Assembly: GCA_030650425.1 (NCBI GenBank)
Contig: JAUSED010000008.1
Coordinates: 68,554-132,553 of the forward strand
Direction: 5' to 3'
Length of the DNA: 64,000 nucleotides
Source: Candidatus Omnitrophota bacterium
Lineage (GTDB): Bacteria; Omnitrophota; Gorgyraeia; Gygaellales; Profunditerraquicolaceae
Part shown: piece by piece, positions 10,236 to 19,492 of the stretch
Layout of the letters: each line of letters starts with the position of its first letter
Position numbering within the stretch: the stretch's first letter is position 1
The notes under the pieces: model-generated
Told to the model about the DNA's origin: nothing
Databases searched by the model: none
The model's input: only the letters and a program-made list of their open reading frames with translations
Translations under genes and position numbers: made by a program

Positions 10236-11267
10236 ATGCTTAGCCATAAAACTATTTTGATCACCGGCGGGACAGGGTCATTCGGTAAAAAAATGCTCCA
10301 GATTGTGCTTGCGCAGTATAAACCGAAGCGGCTTATCATCTTCAGCCGCGATGAGTTGAAACAATTCGAGATGGCCCAGAAGTGGGGTCCGCATAAATAT
10401 CCATCTCTTCAGTATGTTTTGGGAGATGTGCGGGATAGGGATCGTTTGATGAGTGTATTTAAAGGAGTTGATTATATTATCCACGCAGCCGCCTTAAAGC
10501 AGGTTCCGGCAGCAGAACGCAACCCGGAAGAATATATCAAGACTAACGTTCTGGGGGCGATGAATATTATCGATGCGGCAATCCAATGCAAGGTTAAGAG
10601 CGTTGTAGCTTTGTCAACTGACAAGGCCTGCAACCCGATCAATCTTTACGGGGCGACCAAGCTCTGTTCCGACAAGCTGTTTACGGCAGCAGGGTTTTTA
10701 GCCACAGAAAATGAAACGCGCTTTGCGGTTGTGCGTTATGGTAATGTTTTGGGCAGCCGTGGGTCGGTTGTGCCGTTTTTTAAGGAACGCCTGAAAACAG
10801 GTGTGTTGCCTATTACGGATGAACGGATGACTCGTTTTTGGATCACACTTGACCAGGCGGCTTATTTTGTTTTGGAATCATTAAAACGTATGAAGGGAGG
10901 CGAGATCTTTGTCCCGCGCATCCCTTCGATGAAGATTGTGGACCTTGCCAAGGCCATAGGGCCTAAATGTAAGCTTGAGGCTGTAGGTATCCGCCCCGGT
11001 GAAAAGATCCACGAGACTCTTATCAGCGAGGATGAGGCGCGTAATACCGTAATATTTAAGGATTGTTTTGTGGTTCAGCATAATGCCACGCTGCGTTCGG
11101 ATCTAGCCAAGGGTAAGGGACGGTTATCCCCCGAAGGATTTAGGTATAATTCTGGTGATAACGATATGTGGCTTTCTATCTCGGATCTTAAAAAACTGGT
11201 TGAGCAAGTCGCAGATGATTATGCCATTGAAGATTCCCGTTGGTCAATGGACGATTTACCGGAGTAA
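10236..11267 (+). CDS. pseB: UDP-N-acetylglucosamine 4,6-dehydratase (inverting), PseB/FlaA1/CapD short form
   Basis: TILITGGTGSFGK; YGATKLCSDKL; about 343 aa. ATG 10236 preferred (GAGGAG RBS 6 nt upstream) over TTG 10224. Confidence 0.75.
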   Translation: MLSHKTILITGGTGSFGKKMLQIVLAQYKPKRLIIFSRDELKQFEMAQKWGPHKYPSLQYVLGDVRDRDRLMSVFKGVDYIIHAAALKQVPAAERNPEEYIKTNVLGAMNIIDAAIQCKVKSVVALSTDKACNPINLYGATKLCSDKLFTAAGFLATENETRFAVVRYGNVLGSRGSVVPFFKERLKTGVLPITDERMTRFWITLDQAAYFVLESLKRMKGGEIFVPRIPSMKIVDLAKAIGPKCKLEAVGIRPGEKIHETLISEDEARNTVIFKDCFVVQHNATLRSDLAKGKGRLSPEGFRYNSGDNDMWLSISDLKKLVEQVADDYAIEDSRWSMDDLPE

Positions 11268-11305
11268 AGTTGAGAAATCTACAGGTAGAAAGTTGGTAGC
11301 TGTTT

Positions 11306-12271
11306 ATGAAAGAAGACCGGTTATTTGATCGTAAAGCATTAAAATTAGAATCCTTATCCCAAAGGAAGAGTGATTTGAATGTTTCCATAATCGCGCCGCT
11401 GGATTTTAACTTAAACTTTAAATCAAACGGTGACTTGAAAGAAATTAGTAAGCGGATAATCAGGGCCAAAAAGAAGAAAGCCTCCGTCATCTGGATGATA
11501 GGCGGGCACGTTATCAGGTCAGGGGTACAGCGATATATCATAGATTTGATGGAGAGAGGATATATTTCCTGTTTGGCGATGAACGGAGCCGGGATAATTC
11601 ATGATTATGAATTATCTCTTATTGGGGCAACTACCGAGAGCGTGGCTCAATATATCAAAGAAGGGCAGTTCGGTTTATGGAAAGAAACAGGAGAAATCAA
11701 TAATATAATCAATAGAAGCTACAAGCAGGGACTTGGTTTGGGCGAGGGAGTTGGTAAAGCTATTTACGAAGGCGATTTTCCTTATAAAGAGTTTAGCCTG
11801 TTGGCAGCAGGTTATCGTTTGAAGATTCCGGTAACGGTGCACGTCGGCATAGGTTATGATATTATCCATGAGCATCCTAATTGCGATGGCGCGGCAACGG
11901 GCGCTACTTCTTACCGCGATTTTCTAATCTTTACCAAATTAGTCAGCAATCTGGAAAGGGGAGTAATCATGAATTTCGGGAGCGCAGTAATGGCCCCGGA
12001 GGTATTCTTGAAGGCCTTGAGCATGGCAAGGAACGCTCTCCGCCGGAAGAAGAAGCAAATCAGGCATTTTACTTCAGTTGTCTGCGACCTTTATAATTTA
12101 CCGGCTAAATTTAACAAAGAACCGGATAAGCGCAATCCGGGTTATTATTTCAGGCCGTGGAAGACAATGCTCGTCAGGACAGTAGCTGACGGAGGAAGCT
12201 CTTTTTACGTCAAAGGCTGCCACGCGGATATTCTCCCTGCGCTTTGGAAAGAGATTAATGAAAATTCTTGA
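11306..12271 (+). CDS. deoxyhypusine-synthase-like (DHS-fold) protein of unknown function
   Basis: Segment VIWMIGGHVIRSGVQRYIIDLMERGYISCLAMNGAGIIHDYE matches the DHS core block [41 protein letters not shown]. 321 aa. Confidence 0.4.
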   Translation: MKEDRLFDRKALKLESLSQRKSDLNVSIIAPLDFNLNFKSNGDLKEISKRIIRAKKKKASVIWMIGGHVIRSGVQRYIIDLMERGYISCLAMNGAGIIHDYELSLIGATTESVAQYIKEGQFGLWKETGEINNIINRSYKQGLGLGEGVGKAIYEGDFPYKEFSLLAAGYRLKIPVTVHVGIGYDIIHEHPNCDGAATGATSYRDFLIFTKLVSNLERGVIMNFGSAVMAPEVFLKALSMARNALRRKKKQIRHFTSVVCDLYNLPAKFNKEPDKRNPGYYFRPWKTMLVRTVADGGSSFYVKGCHADILPALWKEINENS

Positions 12272-12734
12272 AATCGACAGTTTGGCAAAGACAATTAAAG
12301 GCCTGAAGGCTTCCGGAAAAAAGGTTGTCCTCTGTCACGGCTGTTTTGACCTTATGCACCCCGGACATATTAAATATTTTCAAGCCGCTAAAAAAATGGG
12401 GGATATTCTTGTTGTAACGGTTACCCCTGATATTTATATTGATAAAGGGCCGGGGAGGCCGGTATTTAACCAGCAATTACGGGTTGAATCAATCGCCGCC
12501 CTTGAATGCGTTGATTATGTAGCGCTAAATCAGTGGTCCACGGCAGAAGAAACCTTGAGGTTATTAAGGCCTGATATATATGTTAAAGGGCAGGAATTCG
12601 AAGGGCTTCAAGATAAGACTGGGAAACTCCAGAAAGAATTAAAAGTTATTCAGGAAGTCGGAGCCGAAATAAGGTTTACTCATGAGGTGGTATTTTCTTC
12701 AACCAGATTAATTAATAATAACCTTAAAAAATAA
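12258..12734 (+). CDS. cytidylyltransferase-like nucleotidyltransferase (HldE/RfaE domain II-like; heptose-1-phosphate adenylyltransferase family)
   Basis: VVLCHGCFDLMHPGHIKYF; 158 aa stand-alone domain. Confidence 0.7.
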   Translation: MKILEIDSLAKTIKGLKASGKKVVLCHGCFDLMHPGHIKYFQAAKKMGDILVVTVTPDIYIDKGPGRPVFNQQLRVESIAALECVDYVALNQWSTAEETLRLLRPDIYVKGQEFEGLQDKTGKLQKELKVIQEVGAEIRFTHEVVFSSTRLINNNLKK

Positions 12735-12735
12735 A

Positions 12736-14268
12736 ATGAAAAACACGCCCAAAAGTAAAATATTATTGCTTGATGATTTAATTAATAAAGTAAAGAGCCT
12801 TAAGGCTTCCGGAAAAGTTGTAGTCCAGAGCCACGGAATCTTTGACTTAATCCATCCCGGAGTGATCGAACATCTTAAATCAGCTAAGGAACGAGGAGAT
12901 GTGTTGATAGCTACCGTTATCACGGATAAAGATGTGCGTAAGGGTCCGGGTAGGCCGATCTTCTCCGGAAATTTAAGGGCAGAAAATGTAGCGAGCCTTT
13001 CTATGGTTGATTATGTTTGCGTGGTAGGTGATGAAACACCTTTTGAATGCGTAAAAAGAATAAAACCGAATATTTTTGCCAAAGGAAAATCAATAAAAGA
13101 TCTTGATAATGAAATTAACAATAAGATATTTGAAGAAGTAAAGGAGCTTTATTTCGGAAAGGTAAGGATCCATGAAACCGGTGGCTTCTCTTTAAGCTCT
13201 TCGGAAATAATCAATAATTTTATTGATATCTATCCTGAAGAGGTAAAAAGCTTTCTGAAAGACTTCTCCAGGAAATACAGTTTTAAGGAGATAAGCAGAA
13301 AGATAAACAGCTTAAATAAATTAAAGATACTTCTTGTTGGTGACGGCATAATAGATGAGTATCATTATTGCGAGGCTATGGGTAGGTCAGCTAAGGCTCC
13401 GCTGGTGGTAAATAAATATATAACCCATGAGATATTTGCCGGAGGCGCTTTTGCCATTGCGAACCATTTGGCGGGATTATCAGGAAACATTCATTTAGTC
13501 TCTTTACTGGGAAACGAACCAGCCAGGGAGGATTTTATTCGCTCCAACTTGAAACCGAATGTAACTACGAAGTTTTTTTACCGTAAAGACGGCTCTACAA
13601 TAGTAAAAAAGAGGTACATAAACCAGTATCAGAACCAAAAACTTTTTGAAGTTAATTACCTAAGCGACTCTTATATTAATGGTGGTTTGGAATCAGGGAT
13701 AATTAAATACTTGAATAGCGTGGCAGCGTCTTATGATTTAATCTTGATTTCCGATTTTGGCCATGGTTTTATTACGAATCGGATAATCGAAGCAATTCAG
13801 GATTCTAAGGTTAAGTTTGCGGTGAATACCCAGACAAATGCCGCTAATGCCGGCTTTAACATGATTACCAAGTATCGTAAGCCGTTTTATGTTTGCTTGG
13901 ATGAACCGGAATTAAGATGGGCAGCGCAAGAGAGATTCGCCGATATTGAATCTGTAGCTAAGAAAATCCTGGAAACCGTCCATGCCTCTAACCTTGTTGT
14001 AACCTTGGGTAAAAGAGGCTCATTTGGGATAAATAATAGAGGCCAGATAAATTATACTCCTATTTTTTCTTCAAAAGTTATAGATACTGTAGGTGCTGGC
14101 GACGCTTTTTTTGCTTTTACCGCGCCTTGTGTTGCTCAGAAGATGCCTCTGGATTTAGTTTCTTTTATCGGAAATGCCGTAGGGGCCTTAGCAGTTCAGA
14201 TCGTTTGTAACAAAAGACCAATTGAAAAATATGAACTCCTTGAGTTTATCCACGCGCTAATGAAGTAG
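12736..14268 (+). CDS. bifunctional nucleotidyltransferase (N-terminal) / PfkB-family sugar kinase (C-terminal); HldE-like with reversed domain order
   Basis: N-terminal VVVQSHGIFDLIHPGVIEHL (paralogue of the upstream gene). C-terminal DTVGAGDAFFAFTA ribokinase/PfkB motif. 510 aa. Confidence 0.7.
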   Translation: MKNTPKSKILLLDDLINKVKSLKASGKVVVQSHGIFDLIHPGVIEHLKSAKERGDVLIATVITDKDVRKGPGRPIFSGNLRAENVASLSMVDYVCVVGDETPFECVKRIKPNIFAKGKSIKDLDNEINNKIFEEVKELYFGKVRIHETGGFSLSSSEIINNFIDIYPEEVKSFLKDFSRKYSFKEISRKINSLNKLKILLVGDGIIDEYHYCEAMGRSAKAPLVVNKYITHEIFAGGAFAIANHLAGLSGNIHLVSLLGNEPAREDFIRSNLKPNVTTKFFYRKDGSTIVKKRYINQYQNQKLFEVNYLSDSYINGGLESGIIKYLNSVAASYDLILISDFGHGFITNRIIEAIQDSKVKFAVNTQTNAANAGFNMITKYRKPFYVCLDEPELRWAAQERFADIESVAKKILETVHASNLVVTLGKRGSFGINNRGQINYTPIFSSKVIDTVGAGDAFFAFTAPCVAQKMPLDLVSFIGNAVGALAVQIVCNKRPIEKYELLEFIHALMK

Positions 14269-14271
14269 GAT

Positions 14272-14850
14272 TTGGATATGAAAAAAGATATAGGAAAATA
14301 CCATAAACGTTTTTTAAAGCTGATCGATTCTATTATAGCCACGGATTGCCGTAATAAAGATATCGATTTTCTTTTCGGCATTGAGATCGCCTGCAATTTA
14401 ATTAAAAAACAATCAAAAAAAAACAGTAAGATCTTTTTTGTCGGAAATGGCGGAAGCGCTGCTATTGCAAATCACGCTGCGATTGATTTTATGAAAAATT
14501 TGGGATTAAGGGCACATTCTTTCAGCGATAGTTCGCTATTAACCTGCATTAGTAATGATTTTGGATACGAATATGTTTTTGCTAAACCAATTGAGTTTTT
14601 TTCTGACAAAGAGGATGTACTAGTTACTATTAGTAGCTCTGGTAAGTCTAAAAATATACTAAAAGCAGTCGAGATTGCGGAGTCAAAAGGCGTTGATATC
14701 ATTACTTTATCAGGGTTTGATTTGAATAATCCCTTGCGCTCAAAGGGCGTTTGTAATTTTTATGTTCCCTCTAAAGAATACGGCCTTGTAGAAGTGGCGC
14801 ATCAATACATTTGTCACTATATCGCGGATATTCTAATGAAGCATAAATAA
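14272..14850 (+). CDS. gmhA: SIS-domain sedoheptulose-7-phosphate isomerase (GmhA-like)
   Basis: IFFVGNGGSAAIANHAAIDF...VLVTISSSGKSKNIL; 192 aa. Confidence 0.75.
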   Translation: MDMKKDIGKYHKRFLKLIDSIIATDCRNKDIDFLFGIEIACNLIKKQSKKNSKIFFVGNGGSAAIANHAAIDFMKNLGLRAHSFSDSSLLTCISNDFGYEYVFAKPIEFFSDKEDVLVTISSSGKSKNILKAVEIAESKGVDIITLSGFDLNNPLRSKGVCNFYVPSKEYGLVEVAHQYICHYIADILMKHK

Positions 14851-14852
14851 AA

Positions 14853-15920
14853 ATGGATAAATTCAAAATAGATAGCCATAAATTAATGTACCACGTGGAT
14901 CGTCTTTCAGATTGGCATGCCGGAAAGAATATCTATCCTATCTACATTGAAGTAGGTCCTTCGGGAGCCTGCAATCACCGTTGCGTGTATTGCGCGCTTG
15001 ACTTTATGGAGTATCAGCCACGCTTCCTTAAAACCGAGATCTTTTTGGAGCGCTTATCCGAATTCGGCGTTAAAGGCGTTCGAAGCATGATGTTCGCTGG
15101 CGAAGGCGAGCCATTCTTGCACAAAGATATAGCCGAGATCGCTGTACATACGAAAAAGGCTGGTATAGATGTCGCATTCACTACGAATGGGACTCTAATG
15201 AAAAGGGATATTGCTGAAAAGATCCTGGGGGTGACGGAATGGATCAAGATCAGCATTAATGGTGCAACAGCCGGTACATATGCCAAAATTCATCGGACAA
15301 CAGAGAATGATTTTCATCGTTTAATCAATAATTTGAAAGAGGCAGTCAATCTCCGGCGCAAGAACAATTATAGTTGTACCATCGGCATGCAGCTTCTATT
15401 GTTACCGGATAATTACCACGAGGCCGTCTCTTTGGCGCGCCTGGCTAGAGATATCGGATTGGATTATTTGGTGATCAAGCCGTATTCTCAGCATCCGCAG
15501 AGTAAAACTAATATTTATAGCAATATTAAATATAGCGATTATTTTTTCCTGCAGGATGAGTTACTTAAAGAGAATACGGCGGATTTTCAGGTTATTTTTC
15601 GTATAAATACAATGAAGAAATGGGACAATGGCCAGAAACCTTATAATCGCTGTATTGCCCAGCCGTTTTGGTCGCATATCGACGCGGGCGGAAATGTATG
15701 GGGTTGCAGCGCGTTCTTGAATGTCGAACGGTTCTTGTATGGCAACATCTATGAACAGACTTTTCAGGAGATTTGGGAGGGTAAAAAACGTTTGGAATCG
15801 CTGCATTGGGTTGAAGGGTACATGGATGCTACCGGTTGCCGTCTGAACTGTAGAATGGATGAGGTGAACCGGTACTTATGGGAATTAAAGATCCCACCAG
15901 AGCATGTGAATTTTATTTGA
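14853..15920 (+). CDS. radical SAM protein (with C-terminal Cys-rich SPASM/twitch-like region)
   Basis: CNHRCVYC (CxxxCxxC); later Cys cluster WGCSAF...GCRLNC. 355 aa. Confidence 0.7.
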   Translation: MDKFKIDSHKLMYHVDRLSDWHAGKNIYPIYIEVGPSGACNHRCVYCALDFMEYQPRFLKTEIFLERLSEFGVKGVRSMMFAGEGEPFLHKDIAEIAVHTKKAGIDVAFTTNGTLMKRDIAEKILGVTEWIKISINGATAGTYAKIHRTTENDFHRLINNLKEAVNLRRKNNYSCTIGMQLLLLPDNYHEAVSLARLARDIGLDYLVIKPYSQHPQSKTNIYSNIKYSDYFFLQDELLKENTADFQVIFRINTMKKWDNGQKPYNRCIAQPFWSHIDAGGNVWGCSAFLNVERFLYGNIYEQTFQEIWEGKKRLESLHWVEGYMDATGCRLNCRMDEVNRYLWELKIPPEHVNFI

Positions 15921-15944
15921 TATTAATATGAAAAAAGGATGTTT

Positions 15945-16787
15945 ATGCCGTTATCGATAGAAGAATTGGAAGTTAAAGCTCGCAAAGTTCGTCAAGAGAT
16001 TTTTAAGATGATCTGTGGCGCAGGCGGCGGGCATATCCCGGCTTGTTTATCCATCGTCGAAATTTTAGTTACGCTTTACAACGGTGTGCTTAGGGTTAAT
16101 CCTGGCGGGCCTCGCGATCCCGGTCGTGATCGATTCATTTTGAGTAAAGGGCACGGCGGTGTCGCGCTTTATGCCATATTGGCGGATAAAGGATTTCTTG
16201 ACCCTCGGCTTTTGTTAACCCATGGAAAGAAAGGAACTATTCTCGGTGGGCATCCGGATATGCATAAGGTCTCGGGGATCGAGGCTTCCACAGGAGCTCT
16301 CGGGCACGGGCTCCCTTTTGGCGCCGGTGTTGCGTTGGCAGCGAAAATAGACGCTAAAGATTATCGCGTATTTGTTCTTGTAGGAGACGGGGAATGCCAG
16401 GAGGGGAGTATTTGGGAAGCCGCGCTTTTTGCGCCTCAAATGAGACTCGATAATCTTACAGTAATTGTGGATCACAACAAGCTGCAAGCTATGGGCAGTT
16501 TAGACGATATTATCGGGTTATCTCCCTTTGCAGATAAATGGAAGGTTTTTGGTTGGGCAGTGGAAGAGGTTGATGGCAATAATATCAGTGATCTCCGCAA
16601 TACTTTTGGCCGGCTTCCTCTGAAGCCTGGCCGGCCAACTTGTATTGTCGCGCATACGCTCAAAGGAAAGGGAATTTCGTTTATGGAGAATGCGCCGATT
16701 TGGCACTATCGGATGCCAAATCCCGAAGAGATGAAGATGGCATGTGCAGAACTAGGATTGGCATTTGAAGATGGAGTTATCGAATGA
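15945..16787 (+). CDS. transketolase, N-terminal (TPP-binding) subunit
   Basis: Split transketolase N half: GHGG...LVGDGECQEGSIWEA. AAGGA RBS 6 nt upstream of ATG 15945. Confidence 0.8.
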   Translation: MPLSIEELEVKARKVRQEIFKMICGAGGGHIPACLSIVEILVTLYNGVLRVNPGGPRDPGRDRFILSKGHGGVALYAILADKGFLDPRLLLTHGKKGTILGGHPDMHKVSGIEASTGALGHGLPFGAGVALAAKIDAKDYRVFVLVGDGECQEGSIWEAALFAPQMRLDNLTVIVDHNKLQAMGSLDDIIGLSPFADKWKVFGWAVEEVDGNNISDLRNTFGRLPLKPGRPTCIVAHTLKGKGISFMENAPIWHYRMPNPEEMKMACAELGLAFEDGVIE

Positions 16788-17704
16788 GGAATGCTTACTT
16801 ATCGGCGTTATATGATTTAGCGAAAGAGAATAAAAATATAATGGCGTTGATTTCTGATAACGGCGCGATTGTTTATGATCAATATCGTGCGGATTTTCCT
16901 GAACAGTATCTTAACTGCGGGATTTCTGAAGCAAATATGGTCGGGGTTTCCGCCGGATTAGCGTCGTGCGGTAAGATCCCTTTTGCGTATACGATCGCGA
17001 ACTTTATAGTGTATCGCGCGTTTGAGCAGATCCGTAATGACGTCTGTCTTCAAAAAATGAATGTTAAATTAGTCGGAATTGGCGTTGGTTTTGTGTATAG
17101 CATTTTGGGGCCTACGCACCATACAACGGAAGATATCGCGTTGATGCGGGCGCTGCCGAATATGACTATTTTCTCTCCGTGTGACCCGCGAGAGGCGAAA
17201 AAGGTTACTTATGCCGCTGCTCAAATCAATGGCCCGGTTTATATCCGCCTGGCAACCGGCGGGACTCCGAAGGTTTATGAAAAAGATTATGATTTTCAGG
17301 TCGGCAGAGGCGTTGTCTTAAGAGAAGGCCGTGACCTAACAATGATTTCGACCGGTAGTATTTTGCTGGAGGCCTTGCAAGCGGCTGACCAGCTAAAGGC
17401 AGAGGGCGTAGGTGTACGGTTTATCAATATGCATACATTAAAGCCAATGGATCAGGCGATTATTCTAAAAGCCGCACGGGAGACAAGCCGTATTCTGATC
17501 GTTGAAGATCAAAATTTACAGGGAGGATTAGGTTCGGCGGTTGCCGAAACTTTGGCTGATAATGCAGTCGTCTGTAGATTCAAACGTTTAGGCTTACAAG
17601 ATGTTTTTACGGAAGGCTATGGTTCGTACCAGGATTTAAAGGAAATTAACGGGATCGCGAAGAAAAATATTAAGGATGCCGCTAAAGGCCTGTTGGAGGC
17701 GTAA
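16784..17704 (+). CDS. transketolase, C-terminal (pyrimidine-binding/transketolase C) subunit
   Basis: Split transketolase C half. ATGA overlap with the N subunit. Confidence 0.8.
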   Translation: MRNAYLSALYDLAKENKNIMALISDNGAIVYDQYRADFPEQYLNCGISEANMVGVSAGLASCGKIPFAYTIANFIVYRAFEQIRNDVCLQKMNVKLVGIGVGFVYSILGPTHHTTEDIALMRALPNMTIFSPCDPREAKKVTYAAAQINGPVYIRLATGGTPKVYEKDYDFQVGRGVVLREGRDLTMISTGSILLEALQAADQLKAEGVGVRFINMHTLKPMDQAIILKAARETSRILIVEDQNLQGGLGSAVAETLADNAVVCRFKRLGLQDVFTEGYGSYQDLKEINGIAKKNIKDAAKGLLEA

Positions 17705-17705
17705 G

Positions 17706-18371
17706 ATGGGACAATTATTGAATATTATCACTCCGCTGCATACAAGAACTAAACGTAATTATCTGGAACGTATGCAGAATGAAAAAGTATATTGTTCAGA
17801 AGTCGCCCGAAAATATGGAAAAGATTTCTGGGATGGCGACCGGCAGTTTGGTTATGGAGGATATAAATATGACGGCCGCTGGTCAGTTGCCGTGGAGGCG
17901 TTAGCCAGGCAGTATGGATTAAAGACGGATGCCCGTATTTTGGATGTCGGCTGCGGCAAAGGGTTTATGCTCTATGAGTTTAAAAATATTTTAAAGGATT
18001 GTACCGTCAAAGGTTTTGATATCTCCCATTATGCCGTTAAAAACGGCAAAGAGGAAATCAAGGAAGATTTATTCTGCCATAAAGCGGAAGCGGCGCCGTA
18101 TCCTTTTAAAGATAAAGAATTTGATTTGGTTATCTCCACGGGTACATTGCATAATTTGCGGGTTTATGATTTAAAGCAGGCGCTTCAGGAAATTGAGCGC
18201 GTTGGAAAGAATAAGTATATTTTGGTTGAAGCCTTCCGTAACATAGAGGAGCTTTTTAATCTTCAATGCTGGGCGTTGACCTGCGAACTGTTTTTCCGTC
18301 CCGAGGAGTGGGTCTGGTTATTCCAGGAATTCGGCTATACCGGAGATTATGAATTTATCTACTTTGAATAA
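17706..18371 (+). CDS. class I SAM-dependent methyltransferase
   Basis: ILDVGCGKGFMLYEF (motif I GxGxG); LVISTGTLHNL. ATG 17706 used, not the overlapping upstream extension. Confidence 0.7.
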   Translation: MGQLLNIITPLHTRTKRNYLERMQNEKVYCSEVARKYGKDFWDGDRQFGYGGYKYDGRWSVAVEALARQYGLKTDARILDVGCGKGFMLYEFKNILKDCTVKGFDISHYAVKNGKEEIKEDLFCHKAEAAPYPFKDKEFDLVISTGTLHNLRVYDLKQALQEIERVGKNKYILVEAFRNIEELFNLQCWALTCELFFRPEEWVWLFQEFGYTGDYEFIYFE

Positions 18372-18380
18372 AAGAAAAAA

Positions 18381-19463
18381 ATGAAGAAAGAAGCCAGCCT
18401 TTTATATACTAAAATGAAGATTTTCCATTTTAAGGATAAAATCGATTCTTTGACTCGGAATAATCCTTTGATTATGCCTCCCTTGCATATTCGGATAAAG
18501 CCGACGAATGCCTGTAATCATAATTGTACTTATTGCGCTTATCGGGTGGATAACCTGCAACTTGGTAAAAACATGGAGACAAGAGATTCTATTCCGAAAG
18601 AAAAGATGCTCGAGATAATCGAAGATTTAAGGGAGATAAAAGTTAAAGCTGTTACTTTTAGCGGCGGAGGCGAGCCTTTTTGCTATCCCTATCTGTTTGA
18701 CGCGGTATTAAAGCTTATTAAATCAAAGATTTCCTTTGCTTCGCTAACTAACGGTTCTCTGCTCTCGGGAGATATTGCCGAACTCTTCAGCCGTTACGCT
18801 ACTTGGGTAAGGATTTCTATTGACGGCTGGGATGATAAGAGTTATTCCATCTACCGCCGGGTGCGCGAGGGCGAATTCAGTAAAGTTATACATAATATCA
18901 AGTGTTTTAAAAAAAATAGAGGAAGATGTTATTTAGGGGTGAGTATTGTTGTTAATAAGCATAACGCTCCCCATATATATGACCTTGTGATGCTTTTACG
19001 CGATAGCGGCACTGATAGCGTGAAGATATCGCCTTGTATTATCAGTAACAGTGGAAAAAGCAATAATGCTTATCATAGCAGTCTTTATAAAACAGTTAAA
19101 GGCCAAATTGCTAAGGCATATAGTAGGTGCGCTAAAAAAGGATTCGAGATTTTTGATTCATATCATACCCAACTGGAAAGTTTTGCCAAGTCTTACCATT
19201 GGTGTCCTTATTTACAGATTCTTCCGGTGATAGGAGCTGATTTAAATATCTATCCATGCCAAGATAAAGCATATAATCTTGATGAGGGATTGGTTGGTTC
19301 GATAAAAAAGGAAAGATTCAAGGATTTTTGGTTTTCAAATAAAAACAAGTTTTTTAAGGTAAATCCTGCAAAGGTTTGCAATCATCACTGCGTTGCAAAT
19401 GAGAAAAATAAGATGATTCTGGAATATTTAAATACGGACGCTAAGCATTTATTTTTCGTTTAG
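18381..19463 (+). CDS. radical SAM protein with C-terminal Cys-rich (SPASM-like) region; paralogue of 14853-15920
   Basis: CNHNCTYC; C-terminal CPYLQ...CQDKAYN...CNHHC. Confidence 0.7.
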   Translation: MKKEASLLYTKMKIFHFKDKIDSLTRNNPLIMPPLHIRIKPTNACNHNCTYCAYRVDNLQLGKNMETRDSIPKEKMLEIIEDLREIKVKAVTFSGGGEPFCYPYLFDAVLKLIKSKISFASLTNGSLLSGDIAELFSRYATWVRISIDGWDDKSYSIYRRVREGEFSKVIHNIKCFKKNRGRCYLGVSIVVNKHNAPHIYDLVMLLRDSGTDSVKISPCIISNSGKSNNAYHSSLYKTVKGQIAKAYSRCAKKGFEIFDSYHTQLESFAKSYHWCPYLQILPVIGADLNIYPCQDKAYNLDEGLVGSIKKERFKDFWFSNKNKFFKVNPAKVCNHHCVANEKNKMILEYLNTDAKHLFFV

Positions 19464-19492
19464 GGCTCTAAATCTATGGAGAACGGGGTTCA

